Origin: Oikopleura dioica
Lineage: Eukaryota > Animalia > Chordata
NCBI GenBank assembly: GCA_907165135.1
Contig: OU015568.1
Span: 6,634,001-6,698,000, forward strand
Direction of reading: 5' to 3'
Length of the DNA: 64,000 nt
Part shown: positions 10,599 through 21,532 of the stretch, piece after piece
Numbering within the stretch: the first letter of the stretch is position 1
How the letters are laid out: every line of letters begins with the position of its first letter
Program-made: the position numbers and the translations under genes
The notes under the pieces: model-generated
What the model was told of the DNA's origin: nothing
Databases searched by the model: none
What the model saw: the letters and a program-made list of their open reading frames with translations, nothing else

Positions 10599-12544
10599 AT
10601 GAAGTGTCCCTTCGTTAGTAGTGTGTCCACCGGATTGTTCAAAAGAAGCAACATCACTCTCGCTTCCGCACTCAACCACTGTCCCTTTATCAGGTATTCC
10701 AGCTATCCTCTTTCCCCTGATCTTAATCCATCTTTAGACAGCAGCGATCACTGAGAATTACCCCCGAAAACACCCTTTCCTCAAAAACCCAATCGGCTAA
10801 AAGAGAGACGGGAGAAAAGAACTGTCCCTACATTCACGGACAGACAGTAGAACGGCCCCGATGTCCTGTTACCAATATCGAAACCGCAGATGTGCCCAAA
10901 TCCGATGTCTTGCAAAATATTTACCAGGAGACACCGGGAAGTATACGAAAGAATCCCGTGCCTGGTAAGACCCTTGATTGATGTTCTGATTGTTTTATCG
11001 AATTTAGGGAAGATACCGGAAGTTTGGGCAGAATCGATGCATCTCCAGCTGCAGAAAAAGAAAGATGACGGAACTTATCGCAATTTAATGACTTTAAACA
11101 AAAGTAAGTGACTGTAAGAAAAGACGGTATTCAAATAACTGTTTTAAGGCACCCAAAGAGCGCCTTTGCTAGACAAGATCGACTCTAAGGTGGTTTACCC
11201 TCTCGTTCGCGAAAGCTACTGCTCCAACGACTACCTCAATATGAGTTCTCATCCAACCGTAATCAAGGCAGCTGTGCAAGCATCTGAGAAGCACGGAACT
11301 GGCGCCGGCGGCACTCGTAACATTTCTGGAACATCAGAGTTAACTGTCGCTTTGGAGAGGGAGATTTCTTCGTGGCATCAGTCAGAAGATGCCTTGATTT
11401 TTAACGGCTGCTATCCAGCGAATGACGCGACGCTTTCTACCCTCCTGGGCAGACGCTTTCCAGGAGCGCAGTGCTTTTCCGACGCTGGAAATCATGCCTC
11501 GATGATTCAGGAAGGATTTACAAGCCCCTCTTGATCCATCTGAGATGGGCTTCTCCCAGTCTTACACTCAGCTGTGTCGTAGTTTGATTCTCCTCCTTGT
11601 TTCCCCAAGTTTTGACTTTGTTAATAAAATCCAGTAAAGGGCATGTTACGCGGGAAGCGAGAGCAAGCCGATCCTTCCAACCGCCTCTTTACCTTCCGAC
11701 ACGATTCGCCTGAGCACTTGGAGAAGCTCCTCCGCGAAGAATACCTCAAGGATCCCTATCTTCCCCGAATCGTCGCTTTTGAATCTGTTCACTCGATGGG
11801 CGGAAACATCCAGCGCATTTCGGAACTCGCTGATGTTGCTCATCAATATGGAGCGCTAACTTTTTGCGATGAGGTTCACGCTGTTGGCCTGTATGGGCAT
11901 ACTGGTGCTGGTATCGCGGAAGTCGAGCGAGTGAGGAATAAAATTGACATCATTTCCGGAACGCTTGGAAAGGGCGTCGGCGGATTTGGAGGTTACATCA
12001 CTGGACCTGCTTTGCTTATTGACCAAATTCGGCAACACGCACCAGGTAAAAGTTCAAAAAAGGCTGCACATTTTCAACTCTTTTAGGCTTCATTTTCACG
12101 ACTGCGATGCCTCCACCTGTCCTTGCTTCAAACATCGCCTCCATTCGCATCCTGAAGGGTCCGGAAGGACGGCAGCTTCGGGAACAACACTGGGAGGCGG
12201 TGAACGCACTGCGAGATGAACTGGACGACTTAGGGATCGAGTACAAGAAGCCCTCTCGTGCGAGCCACATCACGGCTGTTGAACTCGGCTCGACCTGGCT
12301 AGCTGATCAGGTCATGGAAGAACTGGATAACCGAGGGTTCTACGTTCAAGGTAAAAAATGAATCAATCTTGCATCCTTCCTAACAAAACGTGTCTCAGCT
12401 ATCAAGAGCCCAACAGTTCCCATGGGCGAGGAGATGCTCCGACTGACCTGCTCCCCTCGCCACCTGCGCAACAAGCAGATCATCCCCCGATTTGCATCCG
12501 AGCTTTTCAGCACCATCAATGCCTATCAACAAGTTGCTAACTAA
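10599..12544 (+). CDS. ALAS: 5-aminolevulinate synthase
   Basis: [55 protein letters not shown] (PLP lysine), [17 protein letters not shown]; N-terminal CP motifs. Confidence 0.93.
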
Positions 12545-12945
12545 CTCCAGCTTCTATCGAAGACATAGCATATGCTTCAGTTGAAATTGATTCTTTCTCT
12601 TCTTTATTTCTAGCCTTCAAAAAGCTTACTTAGTCTTTCAAACCTTATTTATTATCCAACCTCGGTGTCCAAAATCCTGGTGATCCACTTTTGAACCGCT
12701 ACTACTACCGGAACGAGTTGTTGTTGAGTCAAGTCGAGTCCCGCAGCCTGGTGTGGCCAGCGTGTTTTTTCAGTTTTCCTCTCTTTTTATAATAAAATTA
12801 ATTCAAATCAAGTTCCTATTTATTCCTCTTTTCTTCAATCAAGAAAGTAAAAAAGCATCAATCAAAGCACTAATTCTAATTCCAATAATTCAAAAAATAC
12901 ATTCTCAAAAACGACTTTTTCAGGAAGATATTTTTTCAGACAACG

Positions 12946-14688
12946 ATGACGGTACCAAGTGATGATTCTGGAGGCACGGAGCTGCCGGGCAACCGCGTGC
13001 CAATTTATTACTTTGATCCTGTTGTTGGCGCGTTTCATTATGGACCGAGGCATCCGATGAAGCCGCATAGAATTCACATCACCCACTCGTTAGTTCTCAG
13101 TTATCGGCTGCAAAATCACATGCATCTGTACAAACCGAAGTTGGCGACGAAATATGACATGTGTACTTTTCACACAGAAGGAACGGTTGATGAGTCTTCC
13201 TTGATTTCAAAAAGCCTTTTTTGACAAAAAATCAACCTCCATAAGAATACATCGATTTCCTGAGCAAAGTAACGAATGACAACTGTAGCCAATTTAGCCA
13301 AGGTATTCGTCAAAATAAAGATAGAGGGATAAAAAGTATTAAATTAAGAACTGAAGCAATTTTCCGTCGGAAGCCCAAATGGCGATTCTCCTGTTTTCGG
13401 AGGCATGTACGAGTTTTGCCAGAGATTTTGCGGCGGAAGTTTGACCGCAGCCCAGCACATGAATCAAGGTCTTTCTGATGTGACAATCAACTGGGCGGGT
13501 GGACTTCATCATGCGAAAAAATCAGAAGCGAGTGGTTTTTGCTACGTGAATGATATTTGCGTCGCTATTCTCGAACTTCTCAAGTATCATCCAAGGTATT
13601 TTCAATAACCTCATTTTTTTCTTCAATCTCTTGTCAGAGTAATGTATCTCGATATTGATGTTCATCACGGCGATGGAGTTCAAGAAGCGTTTTACCTGAC
13701 AGATCGAGTGATGACCGTCTCGTTTCACAAATACGGTCGTGATTTCTTCCCGGGGACGGGGGACATGTACGAAATCGGCGAGCAGCAGGGAAAGTACTAT
13801 TCAGTCAACGTCCCGCTTCGGGTAATTTTTTGTCTTCCTTTTCAACTTCAAAAGATGGCTTTAGGATGGAATCAACGACGAAACCTACCACGATGTGTAC
13901 AAGCCGATAATGGACGGAATAATCAAGTACTACCGGCCCACAGCTCTGGTTATGCAATGTGGCGCAGATTCGCTCGGGATGGATCGTCTTGGAGTCTTCA
14001 ACCTGTCCATCGGTGGCCATGGAGAAGCAGTCAATCATATGAAAAGGTTTGGTTCTTTAGGTGAGTATAAAACTCACCTGTTGTTTCAGCTACGGAATTC
14101 CCATCATGTACCTTGGAGGCGGAGGCTACACTCTCCGAAATGTAGCGCGCTGCTGGGCCTACGAAACCTCCATCATCGCCGGTCGTCGGGTTGGCAACGA
14201 TATTCCCTACAACGACTACCACGAATTCTTCATGCCTGATTACAAGCTTCAGCCCACGATCACTTCCAACAAGGTATCTTTGATCAGCAATCTTTCAAAT
14301 TATCTCAACCTCTTGTAGCCGGATAATTTGAACAAGAAAGAGTACATTGAGTACATAAAAGAATCAACACTGCAAAATCTGAAACGACTACCTTTCGCTC
14401 CTTCTGTTCAAATGCACGATGTTCCGCCAGATCTCTACTACTACGATGACTTTGAAGACCGTGAGTAGCCCAGTCCTGTTCCAAACCCGCTTCAAACTAC
14501 TGATATTTCTAGCTGATGACACGCACATGGACGAAAGCGGAGTAAACATAGGCCCAGGCCAGATGCAGCGAAGACCGCATTATCATGAGCATTACGATGA
14601 AAATGCACCCGATGTGGACAATAGTGACGAAATGCGGCGACACAAGACGATGGGGGAATGCTACAACGATCATCTCAAATCGCTCTGA
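12946..14688 (+). CDS. HDAC3: Class I histone deacetylase 3
   Basis: [86 protein letters not shown]. Confidence 0.95.
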
Positions 14689-14874
14689 TTGAATGAATTA
14701 AGAACACTTCATGCTGCCATTCCTACTTGATTTTTACTGCTGCCCTGTGTCGTTCCACTGCCCAAAATAACAATATTCAAAGTAGAAATTTCGAATAAAA
14801 CGGTGAAAATTCAAATTTTATCGACTTCCGGGAACTCGAATTTATAATGCAGCATTTTGCGAGCCCCATCAGTT

Positions 14875-14948
14875 GTCTCTATGGCGCAATTGGTTAGCGC
14901 GTTCGACTGTTAATCGAGAGGTTGCTGGTTCGATCCCAGCTAGGGACG
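14875..14948 (+). tRNA. tRNA-Asn (GTT)
   Basis: Acceptor stem GTCTCTA/TAGGGAC, D-arm GCGC/GCGC, anticodon loop CT-GTT-AA, T-arm GCTGG-TTCGATC-CCAGC. Confidence 0.97.
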
Positions 14949-14952
14949 CTTC

Positions 14953-14957
14953 TTTTT
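14953..14957 (+). terminator. Pol III terminator (T5)
   Basis: TTTTT run 4 nt after the tRNA 3' end. Confidence 0.7.
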
Positions 14958-15009
14958 CATCCTTTTTGCAAAGTTTATTTACAGTAAGCGCAGTTTCACA
15001 AGAAGGTGT

Positions 15010-16514
15010 CTAGCCATTGTAGTAGCCCCCGTTGTACGCGCCATTGTTAGCGGGGTAGTTGGAGTAGGAGGCAACAGTATGAGCATCTGTCGAGTTCCAC
15101 TCTTGAGTCGTGTCTGGCTCGTTTTGGAACCAGTCGAAGTTGCATTTCGAAGTTCCACAGCATTGCCTGCAAGTAGAATGATTCCATTGCAGCAGAGCAG
15201 GCCATGTTGAATCTTCAGGGAAGCACTAGAAAATCAGAGTTGAAGTAGGAAGCGATTTGAACGTGGATTTACCTGAGGATGGTAGCCAAAATTGAACTTG
15301 TGCTCTGTCTGACAGCTCTGCATCTGCTTGCATCCCATCTGCACTTTTTCGATGTACCAATCTCTGTATCTATTCATTCTTCGGCTTCTGACAGTAATGT
15401 CGCACCCGATCGAGCCTCCATCGCACTGAACCATTCTCCCTCGATTTCGACAGTCATCAAAGGAGTTGGCGGACAAACACTCCCAGCATTCGAACGCTGG
15501 CGCACTGTAGGAGTTCTGGTAGTTGCCGTAGTTTTTCTGGTTTTTCTTCTTCTTTTGGTTCTTTTTTCGTCGCTTTCTTCGCTTTTTCTTCGTTGGTTTT
15601 CTCACTAAAACGAGATTTTATCGAGAAATCGTCAATTATCGAGCTTATTACTTCCAAGATCGTCGTAGTAAGAGTCATTTTCGTCGTAGTAGTATTCGTA
15701 GTAGTACTCGTACTCGTCGGACGCATCACCCAAGTCACCAAAATTGGGCTTTGGTGCGGCGAAAAGACCAGCTTTGAGGTTCGAAAGGTGCGCTGGAATT
15801 TGAAGCCCAGCTGGAAAACTGAACTTTTGAGGCTTCACTTGTTGCGCTGTCTCTTCTGTTGTGTAGACCAGAGCTGGCGTTGTCGGCCACTAGAAGGAGG
15901 GGATAATGGTTGAGCAAGGAATTATTATTACTGGAGTTGTCTCAGGGACGTATCGTTCTGTAGTCGTCGTTTCTTTGATCTTCCAGTCTTGAGGGTAGAA
16001 GTAGTAGTCGTCGTAATTCTGCGCCACGGAAGAAAATTCATCGAAAAATGTTGTCGTCGTTGGAGGAGCAGTCGTCGTTTTTATTTTCTGAAAAAGGTTC
16101 GATAGATGTTACCTCGGAAAATGAAAAGAGACCTTGGGCTTTGGAAGCTTATTTTTGTTCCTGTTTTTGTTCTGAAGAAATTTTAAGCTTGGGTTGGAAA
16201 AGTTGGTTCTATACCTTTTTCTTCTTCCCTCGTTCAAGTTCTTCTAGTGACAAAACTACTGGATCTGCAGCTTGTTTGAGGTTGATTTTCGGAGCTGGTT
16301 GGGCAGACTGGACTTTGTACTTTGGCGTGTAGTCGGATTCGATTAATTTGATGAAGGCTAGCGCGAAGTTTTTGACGAAAAATCTCGATTAACAATTTTC
16401 AAAGCGTTTTTTTGTTCGAAAAAATTTCAAAAACTTCTCTTCAAACTTTTCATCCGACCATCTGAAAGCCTGTGTTGATCCCAAACTCAGCGTCGCAGCT
16501 GAAAAAAGCTTCAT
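15010..16514 (-). CDS. Secreted protein with acidic Tyr-rich and poly-basic tracts and a C-terminal Ly6/LU-like Cys domain (oikosin-like)
   Basis: Signal-like MKLFSAATLSLGSTQA; EYEYYYEYYYDENDSYYDD; RKPTKKKRRKRRKK; ECWEC...C...C...C...GC...C...|CF...CRQCCGTSKCN. The joining introns are GT-AG. Confidence 0.7.
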
Positions 16515-19080
16515 TTTTTTCTGAGTCTGAAGCATTTTGATCCCAACAACGTGTAATATCGAGTAAATGTTTGGAGCACTGGGCCTAAGAGAACGTCTAA
16601 ACCGATATTTGTTTCTTTCTAAAACTTTTCTTTGTTTTGATCTTCTGCAATTTATACCCGGAAAAAAGGGTTGAGGATCGTTCAAAGAAGGATTGATGGA
16701 GCCCGGTTTTGTGGCTATCGATTCAGCACTCGAAAAAGCACTTGATCAAATCCCCCACAATGAGGATCTCAATCAGAACTTACGTAGTAGCCACTAGCTC
16801 TCGGAGCTTTTTTTTTCTTGGAAGCGATTTCAAATTATTTTCTTTTTGTTTTTCGCAAAATTAAATTTGCGAGCTCGCGTGATATTTTGTCAATGAAAGA
16901 GCTTCAAGTCAGCGATTTTGGATCCTCGGCTCATTAGAGTTGATGGCGAAACAAATATTCTGCCAATAACGTTTGTTACCTAATGACGTTACTTTCTTCA
17001 GCTAATCAAACTACCTGATGAAATTATTAAAGGTCACAATCATTTTACTTTAGTAACACCACCAGATCGAAAGTTTCTTGAGTACTCTGGAGGATGTCCT
17101 CAGGAAGTGGCGAACGGACGGTAAGATTAATGACGATAGAAAAGACGTCTGGACGCTTTTCCAGTGCTTGCCATATTTTATTCATGAAGCTCCTGAATCA
17201 TTCAGAATAGTCAAATTTCATGAGCTTCTTCCATATGTCCGGTAATACTACGAGTTCCGGAGTAAATGGCTTTTCCAGTGATTCACATACAGTAGTCGAA
17301 AGTTTCGACTCGAAACACAGATACCAAAAGGTAACTAAAAGAACGCCATAAAACCTCTGTAGCCTTTGTCAACTCCCTTTCCATTACGGATAAGTTTCGG
17401 ATAAAAAAGGAAGTTATCCCAGACAATTTTTGCGTCAAGCATGAAACCTTGTCTCAGACAAGTTGTCTGGCAATCGTCTGGAAGCTTGATTCTCATCCTT
17501 TCCTATTGAAATACTCAACTTCCAAGGTAGCTCAGCTAGTGTGAGTTTCCATGACTTGTCAGCCTTTATCCTAAATCAGCGGTACAAATCAGCGTCTATT
17601 TGATCCAAATTCTTCGCTTTTCCCCAAAAATCCCTAACCCTAACCCCTTCCCTTGTCCCTCTTATTGCCTCCTCAAATCGAAAAGTTTATTTTCGCTCCA
17701 AAAGAGTCGTTTGATTCCGTGGTGTTTCCAGTAATCCAGTTGGCGTTATGTTTCTTCTGTTTAGTTCATTAAAATGACAGAAGATGATGCATTATCTATT
17801 TGATGTGATAATATATAAAAATATAAATGCCGAGGTGTTGTTGGGTAATTTTGATATCGCGCGCAGTGGTGCTGGAACTAGACTTGCTGGCGGTGGAGCT
17901 GGCCACGACGAGTTTACTAGACTGCGCCGCTACTCGGAAAATGGCGTGGGATCCCTAGCCACCAGTCAGAAGCAAATTCAGAGAGTCATTACGCAATACA
18001 GCCATATCTTATCACCCCTTCCATAAATCGGTCTTGACACGGCTGCTCCTTCCTCAGGTTAATCCAACAAAGAAGCTCAGGCCACGGACTTGAGTAATTC
18101 TCAACGATAAAGACCAGAAAACAAAACGAAAAAACCGTCTGTGAAAACTATCATCAAAATTCAGGGTTAAACCAATTTATTGAAGTGATTTTGTGGATCA
18201 GAGTTTTGATTGGCCGGTAGGCCAAATACAGCAATCTTATTGGTTATCCGAAATTCACTTCAATTAATTGGTTTAGTCCATAATTCTGACCTTGTACTCT
18301 TCAGATCTCGAAATTAAGATTAAGGGGATACCCCCTTTAAAAAGGATATGCTCAAATTAAGGTGATAAAGCCGCGATTCTGTGAACTGAGCGGATCAACT
18401 GTCAACGATCTCAAGTTCCATTTTCGAACTTCTAAAAAGAAAGAAAGATTTTAAGAAATCTTATCCCTCAAAGAAACCATCTTGCAATCTTCCTACTAGC
18501 CCCTTTTTTACAGTAAATTATCGTGAGAGAGAACTCGATCCATTTCTTCATGCTTGGAAAAATTCCTCGCCCTGCAAAACAATCGTCAATCGACGTTTAT
18601 TTTGATTTTTGAGTTCAGTCCTTTCTTGGCCCACAAAAAGCGCGGGGAAGATTCACGCTCCGGTTAAAAAGTTGCATCTTCGAGAGGTACTCGTGCACCT
18701 GGCGCGCTACAAAGAGCGCGAATTTCTTTCTTTTTCTTTTTTTTTCTAAAATCTTCCGCAGATTGAAATCTGCCTTAGAACTCCTCCTATTGAACTCAAT
18801 AATGAAAGATCGACTATCCTACTGTATCTTTTACTGTACCTTCTTTTTCGTCAATTTGTTGTCGTCAATTTTTTGAAGGATTTGTTAGGCCCCTCTTTTG
18901 GCTAATCTCAGGAGAACACGAAAAGTTCCACATTGAAATTGACGCACTTTCCATCGCGAAAATAAATCATAAGCTATAAATTTAGGAGGCGAGTCCGCCA
19001 AAATTTACGTCATCGGAGGAGAGAAACTCCTCATTACTTTCCTTTCTACCTTCTTTTGCCGCTAGTAAAGACACTGATAT

Positions 19081-19423
19081 CAGAGTTGCAAATTTGGCTT
19101 TATTTTCGCTGAGCTGAGCTGGCCTATTTCGGAGCTCACTGAGCTGAGCTGAGCTGAGCTGGCCATTTTCAGAGGTCATTGAGCTGAGCTGAGCTGAGCT
19201 GAGCAGACCTTTTTTAAGGTAGTTGAGCTGAGCTGAGCTAGGTGAGCTGATTTGAGCTATTTTTTACTGTTTTTTAGTAGTCAAATTGTATTAAAATCAT
19301 TGAGCTGAGCTGAGCTGAGTAATTATTGTCTGAGCTGAGCTGAGCTGAGCAGATAAATTCATTTTCGAAAATCAGTGAGCTGCAGTCGCTCAGCTCACTC
19401 AGCTCAGCAAATTTGCAACTCTG
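19081..19423. mobile_element. hAT-type non-autonomous element with internal (GAGCT)n array
   Basis: 16-bp perfect TIR CAGAGTTGCAAATTTG / CAAATTTGCAACTCTG and perfect 8-bp TSD ACTGATAT at 19073-19080 and 19424-19431. Confidence 0.88.
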
Positions 19424-19949
19424 ACTGATATCGATTTTGAGGACCGTTTTGGAATGTTCTTTTTCAAAAAAAGATCTTTTTAAAGTTCGGTTTGAGGAAG
19501 GTGCTTAGTAAGGGCGAGGAGGGCAAAGAAATGATCTTGATTCTTGGCAAGAGGATGGAGCTGAAGTTGGCTTCGTTCCAGTTTTGGCGGCGGTGGTTGT
19601 CGGGAAGAGCGTCGCTTTCTAAGAAGGGCGCTGCTTCGCCGAATTTATTTCTACCTGCCTCGATTCTGGACCGCTAGTTGGCTTTTGGAGGTGCCACCAG
19701 AGCACCACACCGCCGCTCCTCCACGTAGAATTTTCAGACTTATGTAATGTGCAGTCAATAAGGCTGACGAGCGCTTTAAAGCGAAACACGCGTAATTCTT
19801 TTGACTCTCAAAATTACGGAAGACGCCATATTCAAAATTATGGAATGCTAAAAGTGATGGTTTTTTCGTGTTAAAGGATTACAACTGTTACAGTTAGGCT
19901 GCCATTCCTTCCGACATTCTTCAACATGACTTCAATTGTCTGTCAGACT

Positions 19950-20232
19950 GTGTCGGGCTCTAAAGAGCTTGAATAAAAAGCCGCGGAGCGGCTTTTCTTA
20001 GAAACGAAGCCGCATAGCGGCTTCGCCAAAAATAAGAAAAAAACTGAAATGGTAATGCTTCGCGGCTTCGTTTTTTAAAAAGCCGCTACGCGGCTTTCGA
20101 TTCAAGTTCTTTAGAGCGGCTTTGGAGCATTACCATTTCAATCTTTTTTTTGGCGAAGCCGCTATGCGGCTTCGTTTCTAAGAAAAGCCGCTACGCGACT
20201 TTTTATTCAAGCTGATGAGAGCCTGACTAAGG
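19950..20232. mobile_element. Foldback MITE family 1 copy
   Basis: Inverted arms with AAGCCGC-nn-GCGGCTT sub-hairpins. Confidence 0.7.
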
Positions 20233-21532
20233 CTTTTGAGTTCAGATAGAGAATCTGATATCTAATGGTATTTTGAAAGCGTTAGCATAAAGAGTTAAAT
20301 TAAGCGATTGTAATCAAAGTTAACTTTTTCGAGTTTCAGATTTCCTGAATAATTTGTTGGAAATCTGATCGATGGTCTTATTTCGAATCTGAAAACGAGT
20401 CTGATTTTCCGGAGTTTTGTCGAAGAGCTTGATTGACGATCGCTCGCGTGAATCAGGAATCAGATCGGAATCACTCCGGAAAATGGACCAAACGTAGATC
20501 CAGGATCTGTTGAATCGACAAGGTTCGCGACTGACGGTCAGACGTAAGGGGACTGTCTGCCAGACAGAGTCTGAAAGACGGTTTTTTTCTTTCTTTTTGA
20601 AAATGGCTTTTCTTCCAAAGAAAAGGGTGGATAATAAAGTTAAGGCAAATTTAAGCGTAATTAAATTGTTTCTACGTGAGTAAGGAGTCTAGAGCTAGTT
20701 GCGGTTTGGTTTTAGATCGCCGCGGAAATGTATTGCGCAAGTTTTTTTTCGCGGCGCTTCACGTTGAGAAGCGACTTCACGTTAAAAGGCGCCCTCAGCG
20801 AGGCCCATCTCAGAAACGGCCCTCTAATTTCCTGGTACTTGCACCGCGCTAGGGTGCGCCACCTCCACCCGAAGGATTATCCAATTTCAGACTAGCGCGG
20901 AGCCAGCGCTCGCCGCCCAAAATCTTAAAATCGCGTTTGAAAAGATTTTAAGAGGGCTAAAATTTGATCAAAAATTTCCTACTGACTTATTCTTAAAAAA
21001 TATTCTTTGAAGGGAATTATTCGAAGCTGAATTTCAGTCAACTTTCATTAAAAATAGTGTCAAAAGATGGAAATCTATTCGATAAGTCGGAAATATTCTC
21101 AAAAAATTAAGGGTTTCAAGTTGAAAACCACAAGACCCATGATTGAAAAAGTCACTCCAACTTGAAAGAGGGTCCTTAAAATCATGAAAGGAGTTGGTTA
21201 CTCTTCCTTGATTTCAACTTTCACGATTGATTTTTGCATCTAAAACTCAACCAACTTAATCCTTTTCCTTGAATAAAAGTTTGATTCCAAAGCTGCTAAA
21301 CTCAGAAGGGCTGACACCCTAGAAGGATGAGGTGTGTTCGGTGTAGTGCGTTTCAGAAATTCTAGGCTTTGGCGCCGCGCTTTTGAGCGCCATCGCGTTT
21401 TTTTCCGCCGAAGCAACATGAGTAAAAATGGCATCCAGATTTACAATTTCGAACTAAAGCAGAAAAACCAATTCTTAATTCGAAAAAACCTTCAGAGAAA
21501 CAAATCCCACAAGAGATCAAAAACGCGAAGAA

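Noticed and set aside
17633-17647. CCCTAA telomere-like dimers (also ~56917, ~63553)
   Set aside because: Only about 2 units each, too short to call interstitial telomeric sequence
16900-18030. Coding-looking fragments (IESFLSTLEDVLRKW...; 17784-18026 ORF)
   Set aside because: Could not be assembled into a consistent spliced ORF or assigned to a family; needs RNA data
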